A DNA stretch of 64,000 nt from Flavobacteriales bacterium (GTDB lineage Bacteria; Bacteroidota; Bacteroidia; Flavobacteriales_F; PHOS-HE28). A model generated the notes under the pieces. It did no database searches. It was given only the letters and a program-made list of their open reading frames with translations, and had not been told where the DNA came from. The stretch lies in contig JABWBQ010000006.1 of the NCBI GenBank assembly GCA_013360395.1, positions 9,637 through 73,636 of the forward strand. Reading direction: 5' to 3'. The position numbers were made by a program, and so were the translations under genes. This document shows, piece after piece, positions 54,701 to 63,406 of the stretch (positions within the stretch are counted from its first letter, which is position 1; every line of letters begins with the position of its first letter).

Positions 54701-55013
54701 CCTCACCGCGCCCGCCACGGCCACCCACGGCACCGATGCGCGCAAGAACCTCAGCGGCACCATGGCGTTGTGGGCCGGCGACGTCACCTTCAACGGCGTG
54801 GTGAAATACGCCGGCGAGGCCAACGACCGCGACCCCATCCTGTCCGTGGTGGGCGGTGCCGTGCCGACGGCCACGCAGGGTGGTTATCTGCGCGAGGATG
54901 TGAACATGGACGGGGTGGCACGGTACGCCGGTGGTGGCAACGACCGCGACCCCATCCTGGTGAACATCGGAGGTGCGGTGCCCACGGCCGTGCGCCCGGC
55001 ACAGCTGCCTTGA
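51720..55013 (+). CDS. large secreted protein, putative glycoside-hydrolase-like N-terminal domain, with duplicated C-terminal Ca-binding-like motif
   Basis: Signal peptide MNPRSLLLPAVMVAALQSHPGVLPAQ. N-terminal IYLAPDDHTDYLW resembles metal-dependent glycosidase (GH38/GH57-like) entry motifs. C-terminus has two copies of YAG(E/G)(A/G)NDRDPIL..(V/I)GGAVPTA. Confidence 0.6.
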   Translation: MNPRSLLLPAVMVAALQSHPGVLPAQVNRIYLAPDDHTDYLWSGTVADYEQWIPQMIDHYLDLNDSTAGYPAPYRNKWNCDGWYWVEIYKRNRPAAQFDRLIAQLQSGRITVPLNGLVCTHGGNTTEGVIRSGYYAGRLQRQYGIDIPVAISMENQTQPLGLASLWNGMGARYSWKGVCGCATQVPGLGQREHEIHRYTGLDGSGVLMKWYSLTYNQGLGGYAEAFDPNTAVDQCLDKLNSVAFPHNYPYTVAGAFGHGWDNTFTLDSSFPAVAMARSNDSVQCHVSNMKDFFEDFEATYGGTLPGQSLSFGNEWDLDCASIAEVTGRMRRGIERLRSAEAVAALAARYDPAVWTDLAVPREQAHTAIALYWEHNMGGGGVVPANDRALWQRGLEAQVTGYSTQLLNDAMASLGARIDAGGELRFVVVNPLGHQRTDVADLPYAGPQPVQVVDRTTATVIPSQVIQKDGATYIRILATAVPAAGYKVFTVQPGDPPVLPNTATLETHLFESDRFRISMSGEGVITSLRDKLANRSYAGTVNGRIMNDLGAFTAPGGIKYLVNNGPISATVQTEGVIPLGHDVRVTLYKDLHRVDVEDRITDNFSDTLDWAFGVQIVNATVHHEELGAILTARLSNAGGHYATQNARYDQLTLGHFADISNAQYGLSVSTSGPAFLRLGNSTVGSFDSGSSQLRFTAGGNFQGSGPGIPAQHGDTLFHYAFSLRPHEGPYDPVAAMRGALEHQNPLVVGLCTGTGGPYPDTSFGAFTFSDPHVMLWALKPAEEGIGNGLIARLWNVSDATHSTTLASPWGLEAAQTATHIETNTGAAPLSNGTLTASFGPQQMRTFRLTPGGPSVQLALRTALEGPWSTIDQLMRDDLRAAALLPLTEPYTALGYTHVGGGGETTVPAVLQVSGADAVVDWVVVELRDAATPSTVVATRCGLLQRDGDVVGTDGLSPLSFNAPAGSYRIAVRHRNHLGAMTAAAFALAGAPLAVDLTAPATATHGTDARKNLSGTMALWAGDVTFNGVVKYAGEANDRDPILSVVGGAVPTATQGGYLREDVNMDGVARYAGGGNDRDPILVNIGGAVPTAVRPAQLP

Positions 55014-57317
55014 TCAGGGATCCTCCTCGCGCCGGCCGAAGATGCGGCGGAGCAGGCCGGGGCGTGCGGTGCTGTCGGTGGGGTCCTTGGGACGGCCCTC
55101 GAACAGCCGTTCCAGCCATCCCGGATCATGCCGCGGTGGGCAGTCCAGGGCGTACCGTGCCGAGTCGGGCGCGGTGAACGGCCGCATGTAACGTTTGCGT
55201 GGTCCGGCCCCGGCCTCGATGCCGTGGAACACCTGGCCCGCGATGGGCAGTGCCAGCTGGGAACCCGTACCCAGGGCCCCGCGGAAATGCACCGCCGGGT
55301 CGCGCGCACCCACCCACGTGCCCACCACCAGGCCGGGGGTGTATCCGAAGAACCACGCATCGCGCTGGTCCTGGGAGGTGCCGGTCTTGCCGGCCACGGC
55401 CCCGGCCACGCCGTACCGTGTGCGCAGCGCCGTTCCCGTGCCCTGGTCCACCGCGCGCCGCAGCAGGGCGTTCATGGCGTCGGCCGTACCGGGCGTGAGC
55501 GCCCGGTGGCCGCGTGGGCGGGGAGCCTCGTACAGCACCTTGCCTTCCGCATCGGTGATGCGGGTGATCAGGCGCGGGCGCGGCCGCTGGCCTCGCGCGG
55601 CGAAGGCCGCGTACACCGGCACCATGTCCAGCAGGCTCAGGTCCGACGACCCCAGGCACACCGAGGGATGCTGCACCTGCACGCCGGGGATGCCCAGGGC
55701 ACGCACCATGTCGCGCAGCGAATCCTTGTCCAGTTGGAAGTAGAGGTCCACGGTGGGCAGGTTCATGCTTTGGGCCAGGGCCGCCCACAGGGCCACCTCG
55801 CCACCGGTGGTGTCGCCGTTGAAGTTGCGCGGCGACCAGTCGTCGTATGCGCTGTAGATGCGCGGAGCGTTGCTCAGGTACATGCACGGTGAGCGGCCGG
55901 CCTCGAGGGCGGCGGCATAGATCACCGGCTTGATCGCACTGGCGATGGAGCGACGCGCCTCCACCAGGTCATAGGGCAGATAACGATGGTGGCCGCCACC
56001 CACCCACGCCCGCACGTTGCCCGTGGCCGGCTCCATCATCAGCACGGCGGCGTTCAGCAGCCGGTGGTAATGCCAGAGGCTGTCGCCGACGCTGATGGTG
56101 TCCACCCGCACGCCATCGTGGTCGTACAGTTCGCGCGGCGCACGCACATCGGCCTTCCGGGTCCGGTCGCCTTTCCCGGCCTTCGACCGTTCCCAGGCCG
56201 CGCGGGCCTTGGACGCCTTCAGTTCGGCATCGAGCCGGGGCTGCATGCGCGCCAGGTGCGTGCGCGCGGCGGCCACGGCCAGGTGTTGCAGCGCGGGGTC
56301 GAGCGTGGTGTGGATCCGCAGGCCGTCCTTGCGCAGGTCGGGGATGGGCGGGTCGGGGCCCACGGCCTTCCCGCGCGCACCCTTGCGTGCACCCTTGGCG
56401 GCCGCGGTCCGCGCCGCTTCGCGCAGGAGCGTTCCGGCCTCCCTTTCCACCCGGGCCACGAAGTACCCGTAGGCGTCGTAGGCATCCAGGCCGGTGTAGC
56501 GCAGTTTGAGCGGGAGCGCCTGCAGGCTGTCCGCCTCACGCGCGCTCAGGTGACCATGCTTCTCCATCAGGCCCAGCACGGTGTTGCGGCGCTCGCGGGC
56601 GCGGTCGGGATGCAGGCGGGGGTTGTACGCCGTGTTCGCCTTCAGCATGCCCACGAGCACGGCGGCCTCCTCCACGCCCAACCGTGTCGTGGAGCGCCCG
56701 AAGAAGCGCCGCGCGGCCGATTCGATGCCGTACAGGTTCTCCCCGAAGGGCACGCTGTTGAGGTACAGCACCAGCACGCCGCGCTTGTCGTACACGCGCT
56801 CCAGCCGCTGCGCCACCAGGGCCTCCTTGATCTTGTTCACCGGCACGGTGAGCGGGCCGTGCCGCTCGCGACCATAGAGGTTCTTGATGATCTGCTGGCT
56901 GATGGTGCTGCCCCCGCCGCCGCTGCGATCGCCCCCCAGGATGGTGCGAAGGAGGACGCGCACATAGCTGGTGCCGTCCACCCCCTGATGCTCGAAGAAG
57001 CGGGCATCCTCGGTGCTCACCAGGGCATCGATGAGGTGCTGCGGCAGGTCCTCATAGCGGATGTTCGTCCGGTCCTCGGCGAAGAGCTTGCCGATCAGGG
57101 TGCCGTCCTCGGCGAACACCAGCGTGGCTTCCTCATTTTCAATGGCCGCCAGCTCGGCTTCCGAGGGCAGCGGGCCGAACACGTTGAGCGACACCAGGGC
57201 CACCAGCAGGAACAGCAGGGCGAGGCCGGTCGCCGTGGCGAACAGCAATGCCCGCAGCAGGAGGGCGCCGCCCCCCGGCGGTGGTGATCCCTTCTTCCTT
57301 TTCTTCTTCTTCGCCAT
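55014..57317 (-). CDS. mrcA: class A penicillin-binding protein (PBP1A; transglycosylase plus transpeptidase)
   Basis: MAKKKKRKKGS... basic N-terminus and TM, GT51 motifs (EDARFFEHQGVD, GGSTISQQ) and transpeptidase motifs (SIASAIKP, SMN, KTGTS). Start at M19 of the track ORF. Confidence 0.9.
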   Translation of the reverse strand: MAKKKKRKKGSPPPGGGALLLRALLFATATGLALLFLLVALVSLNVFGPLPSEAELAAIENEEATLVFAEDGTLIGKLFAEDRTNIRYEDLPQHLIDALVSTEDARFFEHQGVDGTSYVRVLLRTILGGDRSGGGGSTISQQIIKNLYGRERHGPLTVPVNKIKEALVAQRLERVYDKRGVLVLYLNSVPFGENLYGIESAARRFFGRSTTRLGVEEAAVLVGMLKANTAYNPRLHPDRARERRNTVLGLMEKHGHLSAREADSLQALPLKLRYTGLDAYDAYGYFVARVEREAGTLLREAARTAAAKGARKGARGKAVGPDPPIPDLRKDGLRIHTTLDPALQHLAVAAARTHLARMQPRLDAELKASKARAAWERSKAGKGDRTRKADVRAPRELYDHDGVRVDTISVGDSLWHYHRLLNAAVLMMEPATGNVRAWVGGGHHRYLPYDLVEARRSIASAIKPVIYAAALEAGRSPCMYLSNAPRIYSAYDDWSPRNFNGDTTGGEVALWAALAQSMNLPTVDLYFQLDKDSLRDMVRALGIPGVQVQHPSVCLGSSDLSLLDMVPVYAAFAARGQRPRPRLITRITDAEGKVLYEAPRPRGHRALTPGTADAMNALLRRAVDQGTGTALRTRYGVAGAVAGKTGTSQDQRDAWFFGYTPGLVVGTWVGARDPAVHFRGALGTGSQLALPIAGQVFHGIEAGAGPRKRYMRPFTAPDSARYALDCPPRHDPGWLERLFEGRPKDPTDSTARPGLLRRIFGRREEDP

Positions 57318-57560
57318 GAATGACCGGGGCCGACAGGCGGCTGCGCGGGGCCGCCCATGGCGGACGATCAATGGTGCATCGATCCGCGGACGTGGGCCCT
57401 TTCAGGGGGCTGCGAAGTTACCGGCAACGGCCGGAATGGCAGGGGCGAACCCCGTGCGGTCGCCGCCCGTTGCGGTGTGACGTGCGGCCGACCTGGACCG
57501 GGCCGCAACCTGATGCGGCGCGGACGGAAGGTCCGACCGGACCGGTGCTGCGGCGAAGCG

Positions 57561-57680
57561 TTCACTCCGCACCCAACATCCGGTCCTGGAAGAGCAGGTC
57601 CTTCTCATAGGGATAGCGCGCGAGGTGGATGGCCTTCACACGTTCGTACAGCGGCTTGCGTAGCAGGTCGATGTTCCTTG
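57561..57680 (+). repeat. direct repeat: diverged duplicate of the hflX 3' end (copy 1, displaced)
   Basis: ttcactccgcacccaacatccggtcctggaagagcaggtccttctcatagggatagcgcg...ggtcgatgtt matches 58311..58432 (the actual hflX 3' end) at about 95% over about 116 nt; it would encode the last 37 aa of HflX. Confidence 0.8.
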
Positions 57681-57702
57681 CAGCGATGAACGTGGCCACA
57701 CC

Positions 57703-57966
57703 CTATTGGCTCCTGGCCGACCGGTTGTCATACACGGTGACCACTTCGATGGTATTCCGGCTTACACGGTAAACCACCGAAATGTTCGGGTGAATGACGG
57801 CCCTGCGACAGCCGGGGTAAAGCGATGAAGCCTGATAACCCTTGGGGAATCGGGCCACCGATCGTTCAAACTCGTGCAACAGGTCCAGGATGACTTCTTC
57901 CTCGCGTTCGCTCCAGTGGCTGCGCACGTATTCTTTGATCACGTCCACTTGGTCCTTGGCCTCCAT
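57703..57966 (-). CDS. type II toxin-antitoxin system RelE/ParE family toxin
   Basis: 87 aa: MEAKDQVDVIKEYVRSHWSEREEEVILDLLHEFERSVARFPKGYQ...HPNISVVYRV...IEVVTVYDNR is the RelE/ParE fold pattern; low-GC gene. Confidence 0.7.
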   Translation of the reverse strand: MEAKDQVDVIKEYVRSHWSEREEEVILDLLHEFERSVARFPKGYQASSLYPGCRRAVIHPNISVVYRVSRNTIEVVTVYDNRSARSQ

Positions 57967-57985
57967 GGACCAGAGAACGGATCAC

Positions 57986-58210
57986 CTAACGGCCATGACC
58001 GGCCCAGAAATCCGCGCTGCTGATGCAGCGTCCCTTTCGGAGATCCTCCAGACCCCTTTCGATGGAGCGGCGTTCATCCGCCGAGAGGTCCTCCGACCGA
58101 TCTTTCTGCTGCATCGCTTTCTTGATGCCCAATAGCGTACTCAGCAGCCCGGGGTCATCCAGGGACTTGATCCATTCGATCAGCTCATTCCGGGCTGCAA
58201 GCGTGCTCAT
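57986..58210 (-). CDS. putative addiction-module antitoxin component (TIGR02574-like)
   Basis: MSTLAARNELIEWIKSLDDPGLLSTLLGIKKAMQQ... (M13 of the track ORF), 74 aa, immediately upstream of the RelE-like gene (19-nt spacer). Confidence 0.6.
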   Translation of the reverse strand: MSTLAARNELIEWIKSLDDPGLLSTLLGIKKAMQQKDRSEDLSADERRSIERGLEDLRKGRCISSADFWAGHGR

Positions 58211-58311
58211 GGGGTCCGGGTTGGAACAAAGATAGCCCGCCTGCAAGGCGCTTCATGATTCAAAGTCGAGGTCGGCCCGCATCCGCCAGCCCGGCAGGCC
58301 CGGCGGGTGGT

Positions 58312-59535
58312 TCACTCCGCACCCAACATCCAGTCCTGGAAGAGCAGGTCCTTCTCGTAGGGATAGCGCGTGAGGTGGATGGCCTTCACACGTTCGTACA
58401 GCAGCTTGCGCAGCTGGTCGATGTTGTCCTTGCGTGCGGCGGAGATGAAGATGGCCTCCTCGTCGCCGGCGATGCGGGCCATCCATGTGCGTTCCAGTTC
58501 CTCCAGGGTGTACTGGTCGCGGCGCTTGGGGGCCAGGTCGTCCGGGTCGTGCGGGGCCGGGCGGTAGGCATCGATCTTGTTGAAGACCACGAGAACGGGT
58601 TTGTCGCCCGCGCCGATCTCGGCCAGCGTCTGCTTCACGGTGGCATACTGCTGCTCGAAATCGTGGTGGCTCACGTCCACCACGTGCAGCAGCAGGTCGG
58701 CTTCGCGAGTTTCGTCCAGGGTGCTCTTGAAGCTCTCGATCAGTTGGTGGGGCAGCTTGCGGATGAAGCCGACCGTGTCGCTGAGGAGGAACGGCAGGTT
58801 GCCCAGCACCACCTTGCGCACGGTGGTGTCCAGCGTGGCGAAGAGCTTGTTCTCGGCGAACACATCGCTCTTGCTGAGCAGGTTCATCAGCGTGCTCTTG
58901 CCCACGTTGGTGTAGCCCACCAGGGCCACACGCACCAGCTTGCCCCGGTTGCCGCGCTGGGTGGCCATCTGCTTGTCGATGTCGCGCAGCTGGGCCTTCA
59001 GCAGGGCGATGCGGTCGTGCACGATCCGGCGGTCGGTCTCGATCTCCTTCTCGCCCGCACCGCCGCGTGTGCCGGTGCCCCCGCGCTGCCGCTCCAGGTG
59101 GGTCCACAGCTTGGTGAGGCGCGGCAGCATGTACTCGTACCGGGCCAGTTCCACCTGCGTGCGGGCGTGGGCGGTGCGTGCCCGGCGGGCGAAGATGTCC
59201 AGGATCAGGCGCGGACGGTCCAGCACGGGGCGTCCCAGTTCCTTCTCCAGGTTGCGCTGCTGGGCCGGGCTCAGCTCATCGTCGAAGATCACGCTGTCCG
59301 TCCCGTTGGCGTCCACCCAGGCCTTCACCTCGGCGAGCTTGCCGCTGCCCACGTACGTGCGCCCGTCAGGCCGGTGCAGCCTCTGCACGAAGCGCTTCAC
59401 CGTGCGGATCTCCGCCGTGGTGGCCAGGAACTCGAGCTCGTCGAGGTGCTCCTTCACCTGGTCGGTGTCCTGCCCGTCGGTGATCAGCCCGACGAGCACC
59501 GCGGTCTCGGCCTTCACCTGTACGTTCTCGATCAT
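58312..59535 (-). CDS. hflX: GTPase HflX
   Basis: MIENVQVKAETAVLVGLITDGQD... N-terminal HflX domain; G1 GYTNVGKST, G3 DTVGFI, G4 NKID. Start at M72 of the track ORF; ATGA overlap with the upstream cytochrome c gene. Confidence 0.9.
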   Translation of the reverse strand: MIENVQVKAETAVLVGLITDGQDTDQVKEHLDELEFLATTAEIRTVKRFVQRLHRPDGRTYVGSGKLAEVKAWVDANGTDSVIFDDELSPAQQRNLEKELGRPVLDRPRLILDIFARRARTAHARTQVELARYEYMLPRLTKLWTHLERQRGGTGTRGGAGEKEIETDRRIVHDRIALLKAQLRDIDKQMATQRGNRGKLVRVALVGYTNVGKSTLMNLLSKSDVFAENKLFATLDTTVRKVVLGNLPFLLSDTVGFIRKLPHQLIESFKSTLDETREADLLLHVVDVSHHDFEQQYATVKQTLAEIGAGDKPVLVVFNKIDAYRPAPHDPDDLAPKRRDQYTLEELERTWMARIAGDEEAIFISAARKDNIDQLRKLLYERVKAIHLTRYPYEKDLLFQDWMLGAE

Positions 59536-59870
59536 GGCCGTGCTCCAGGTGCGCCCGTGCGCATCGCCATCACATGGTCCACCACGGCCTCCAGTTCCGC
59601 GGCGGTGAGGCTGTTGCGGTAGCCCGCCATCCGGCCCCGGCCCCCGGCCACCACCACCGCCACCTCTTCGCGGGTGAGCTGCGACAGTGTGAGGTCCCTG
59701 GCCCCGCTGAGGCCGAGCCTGCCGTCCTTGCCGTGGCACAGCACGCAATGCGTTCCGAACAGCACCGCACCGTCGGGGGCCGTACCACCCGGGGCCGCAC
59801 CGTCCGTGGCGCCACCGGCCATGCAGCCCGCCAGGGCCACGACCGCAGCGAGGGCGATCCGCTTCCTCAT
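59532..59870 (-). CDS. c-type cytochrome lipoprotein (class I monoheme)
   Basis: M95 of track ORF 59532..60152: MRKRIALAAVVALAGCMAGG (lipobox LAGC), single CVLCH heme site, 112 aa. Confidence 0.75.
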   Translation of the reverse strand: MRKRIALAAVVALAGCMAGGATDGAAPGGTAPDGAVLFGTHCVLCHGKDGRLGLSGARDLTLSQLTREEVAVVVAGGRGRMAGYRNSLTAAELEAVVDHVMAMRTGAPGARP

Positions 59871-60307
59871 AGCCATCCCAGCCCTTCGCCGATGGCGGTG
59901 AACGGCCATGGCGTCGCCCAGAGCATCAGGGCCAGGGCGATCAGGAAGAAGATGGCGACGAGACGCTGCTTCCGCGCCTCGTCCTTGGCGCGCTTGCTCA
60001 AGGCCCGGCCCACGGTCACCAGCGTGATGGCGACCAGCATGGTGCCGATGTGCTCCATCTTCCAGAAACGCTGATGAGCCCCCTGCATCTGCCCGAAGGC
60101 CTTGAAGCGCATGAGGTAGAGCGTGAGACCCAGCGCCAGCTGCACGTGGCACAGCACCACCGTCACCACCGCCAGCATGCGCTCATACACCAGGATGGGG
60201 CGCCCGCGCAGCAGGCCGAGCAGCGCGGTGATGCCGGCGCCTGCGGTGAAGGCCAGCACCGCGTAGCGCATCAGGCTGTGGAAGAAGGTGATGAGGCTGG
60301 TGTCCAT
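59867..60307 (-). CDS. hypothetical integral membrane protein (4 TM)
   Basis: MDTSLITFFHSLMRYAVLAFTAGAGITALLGLL... hydrophobic helices; 4-nt overlap with the cytochrome c gene. Confidence 0.5.
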   Translation of the reverse strand: MDTSLITFFHSLMRYAVLAFTAGAGITALLGLLRGRPILVYERMLAVVTVVLCHVQLALGLTLYLMRFKAFGQMQGAHQRFWKMEHIGTMLVAITLVTVGRALSKRAKDEARKQRLVAIFFLIALALMLWATPWPFTAIGEGLGWL

Positions 60308-60382
60308 GGGCGCCGCCGCGGTGAGGTCGGCAAAGGTAGCGCCCCGACGGCCGGGCCGTCGGGACGGCTACTTTCGCAACCC

Positions 60383-63300
60383 ATGCGGACCCCGCTCGCG
60401 TTCACCGCCGCCCTGTTGGCCCTCGTGGCCCAGGCCCAGCGCAACGCCCCCGTGAACGGGCCGCACCAGCGGGCCGAGGTGCCCGTGGCGTTCACCCACG
60501 CCGTCGTGCATGTCTCGCCCACGGTGACCCTCCAGGATGCCACCGTGCTGGTCCGGGGCGATCGCATCCTGGAGGTGGGCAAGCGCGTGCGCGTTCCCGA
60601 CGGCGCCGAAGTGCGCGACCTCGCGGGCAGGCACCTCTGGCCGGGGTTGATCGAACCGTTCAGCGACCTGGGCATCCCGGCACGGTCCAGGCAGGACAAG
60701 CAGCCGGTCGCCGGCGCGCACTACTGGAACCGTGCCATCGCCGCGGCCACCCACGCCGCCGAGCTCTACGCACCCGATGAAAAGCGGGCCGCGGAAATGC
60801 GGGCGCAGGGCTTCACCACCGCCGTGGTGCACCGCATGGACGGCATCGCGCGCGGTACGGGCTGCGCGGTCTCCCTCGCGGGGCGCACGCCGGCGCAGGA
60901 CGTCATCCTGCCCCGCGCCTCGGCCCATTTCTCCTTCCGCAAGGGCAACGCACCGGATGAGCATCCTTCCTCGCTCATGGGCAGCATCGCCCTGTTGCGC
61001 CAGGCGCTGTACGATGCGCGCTGGTATGCGGCCGGGGGGCACAAGGAACAGAGCGATGAGGACCTGCAGGCCCTCCTCGACCAAACGGGACTGCCGCTGG
61101 TCTTTGAAGCGCGCGATCATCAGGACATGCTGCGCGCCGCGCGGGTAGGGCAGGAGTTCGGGCTGCAGTTCATCCTGAAAGGCGACGGCGATGCCTACCA
61201 ACGCCTGGCGGACATCCTGGCCACCGGTTCCCCGCTGATCATCCCGCTGGCGCTGCCGGAAGCCTACGATGTGGAGGACCCCTTCGACGCCCTGGAGGTG
61301 AAGCTCGGGGAGTTGAAACATTGGGAGCTGGCACCATCCAACGCTGCGCGGATCGTGGCCGGTGGCGGGACCTTCGCCTTCACCGCCCAAGGCCTGAAGG
61401 AGACCGCGGAGCTCTGGACCAACCTGCGCCGCATGGTGCGCTGCGGCCTCGATACCGCCTCGGCCATCGCGGCGCTCACCACCGTGCCCGCATCGCTCTT
61501 CCATTTGGAGCACGAAACGGGCCGCATCGCACAAGGCATGCGCGCGGACCTTGTCATCACCACCAGGCACCTGCTCGATGCCGACAACGAAGTGCTCGAG
61601 ACCTGGGCCTCGGGCAGGCGCTTCATCGTGAAACCCGAGGTGCGGGAGGACCCGCGCGGCACCTTCGACCTCAACCTGAAGGCCGCCGTGCTGAAGTTGA
61701 ACGTGGACGGCAAACCCGGGGCGTTCCAGGCCAAGGTGCGCCAACCCGGCGCCGATACCGCGTGGGTGAAGGCCGTGATCGCCATCGAGGGGCCCGTGGT
61801 GTCCATCTGGTTCGAGGGGAAAAAGTTCGGCTTCGACGGGCCCGTGCGGCTGAACGGCGTGATCCATGACCGCGGCGCCATCTGGGACGGTCAGGGGCAG
61901 CGGCCCGATGGGACCTGGTTCGCCTGGAGCGCCATCCGCCAGAAGGAAGGCCCGCGCCCCAGGGAGCGGGAGCGCACCGCGGCCCTGGACAGCATCTGGT
62001 CGCTGCCCACCGGGGAAGTGTGGTACCCGATGAACGCCTTCGGCACGACCCTCTTCCCGGACACCGAGACCGTGGTGTTCCGCAACGCCACGGTGTGGAC
62101 CAACGGCCCGCAAGGCATCCTGTCCAACGCCGATGTGTGCATCGACAAGGGGCGCATCCTGGCCGTGGGCCCCAGGCTGGACGTGGCCGCACTGTTCCCG
62201 CGCGGCAGGGTGCAGGTGCCGGAGATCGACGCCACGGGCATGCACCTCACCAGCGGCATCATCGACGAGCATTCGCACATCGGCATCGCCCGCGGCGTGA
62301 ACGAGGGATCGCAGGCCGTGACGGCGGAGGTGCGCATCGGCGACGTGGTGAACCCGGACGACATCAACATCCACAACGCCCTGGCCGGCGGGGTGACGGC
62401 GGTGCAGCAGCTGCACGGCTCGGCCAACCCCATCGGCGGGCAGAGCTCGCTGATCAAGCTGCGGTGGGGCCGCAATGCCGACGGGCTGCGCATCCACGAC
62501 GCGCCGGGCTTCATCAAGTTCGCCCTCGGCGAGAACGTGAAGCGCAGCAATTGGGGAAGCAGCGACCGCTACCCGCGGACGCGCATGGGTGTGGAGCAGG
62601 TCTTCCGCGACGCCTTCCTCCGCGCCCGGGACCACGCCGCCGAGCAGGCCCGCTATGCTGCCCTGAAGCCCAAGGAGCAGGCCGCCACCACGCCGCCCCG
62701 CCGCGACCTGGAGCTCGAGGCGCTGGCCGAGATCCTCGCCGGCACGCGCCACATCACCTGCCACAGCTACGTGCAGAGCGAGATCCTGATGCTCCTTCGG
62801 GTGGCGGACAGCCTGGGCTTCCGCGTGAACACCTTCACCCACATCCTGGAGGGGTACAAGGTGGCGCGGGAGCTGAAGGCCCACGAGGCCAACGCCAGCA
62901 CCTTCAGCGACTGGTGGGCCTACAAGTACGAGGTGATGGACGCCATCCCCTACAATGCCGCCATGATGCATGGGCAGGGCCTGAACGTGTGCCTCAACAG
63001 CGACGATGCCGAGATGGGCCGCCGCCTCAACCAGGAGGCCGCCAAGGCGGTGAAATACGGTGGCGTGCCGCCTGCGGAGGCCTGGAAGATGGTGACGCTG
63101 AACCCGGCCAGGGCGCTGCATCTGGACGCGCGCATGGGCAGCGTGGAGCCCGGCAAGGACGCGGACCTGGTGCTCTGGGACGACAACCCGCTCGGCATCC
63201 GCGCCAAGGCCATGATGACCTTCATCGACGGCACGCGGTACTACGACCGCCGCCGTGAGCTGGACCGGGAGGCGGTGGCCACGGCCGAACGCGCACGCCT

Positions 63301-63406
63301 CATCGGCAGGATGCTCGCCGCCAAGCAGGCCGGGGCCAAGGTGCGCAAAGTGGAACGGCAGGAGCCCCGGCAGTGGCACTGCGAGACCATCGGGGAAAGG
63401 CCATGA
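60383..63406 (+). CDS. secreted tandem-amidohydrolase family protein
   Basis: M112 of the track ORF gives MRTPLAFTAALLALVAQAQ (signal peptide). Two amidohydrolase-fold halves with metal-binding His motifs (GLIEPFSDLGI; IDEHSHIGIARG...HGSANPIGG; HSYVQSEI). Confidence 0.8.
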   Translation: MRTPLAFTAALLALVAQAQRNAPVNGPHQRAEVPVAFTHAVVHVSPTVTLQDATVLVRGDRILEVGKRVRVPDGAEVRDLAGRHLWPGLIEPFSDLGIPARSRQDKQPVAGAHYWNRAIAAATHAAELYAPDEKRAAEMRAQGFTTAVVHRMDGIARGTGCAVSLAGRTPAQDVILPRASAHFSFRKGNAPDEHPSSLMGSIALLRQALYDARWYAAGGHKEQSDEDLQALLDQTGLPLVFEARDHQDMLRAARVGQEFGLQFILKGDGDAYQRLADILATGSPLIIPLALPEAYDVEDPFDALEVKLGELKHWELAPSNAARIVAGGGTFAFTAQGLKETAELWTNLRRMVRCGLDTASAIAALTTVPASLFHLEHETGRIAQGMRADLVITTRHLLDADNEVLETWASGRRFIVKPEVREDPRGTFDLNLKAAVLKLNVDGKPGAFQAKVRQPGADTAWVKAVIAIEGPVVSIWFEGKKFGFDGPVRLNGVIHDRGAIWDGQGQRPDGTWFAWSAIRQKEGPRPRERERTAALDSIWSLPTGEVWYPMNAFGTTLFPDTETVVFRNATVWTNGPQGILSNADVCIDKGRILAVGPRLDVAALFPRGRVQVPEIDATGMHLTSGIIDEHSHIGIARGVNEGSQAVTAEVRIGDVVNPDDINIHNALAGGVTAVQQLHGSANPIGGQSSLIKLRWGRNADGLRIHDAPGFIKFALGENVKRSNWGSSDRYPRTRMGVEQVFRDAFLRARDHAAEQARYAALKPKEQAATTPPRRDLELEALAEILAGTRHITCHSYVQSEILMLLRVADSLGFRVNTFTHILEGYKVARELKAHEANASTFSDWWAYKYEVMDAIPYNAAMMHGQGLNVCLNSDDAEMGRRLNQEAAKAVKYGGVPPAEAWKMVTLNPARALHLDARMGSVEPGKDADLVLWDDNPLGIRAKAMMTFIDGTRYYDRRRELDREAVATAERARLIGRMLAAKQAGAKVRKVERQEPRQWHCETIGERP

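Noticed and set aside
57318-57560. High-GC 240-bp gap upstream of PBP1A, inspected for a tRNA or small RNA
   Set aside because: No cloverleaf-compatible stems or conserved tRNA boxes. Only overlapping junk ORFs; probably a promoter/leader region.
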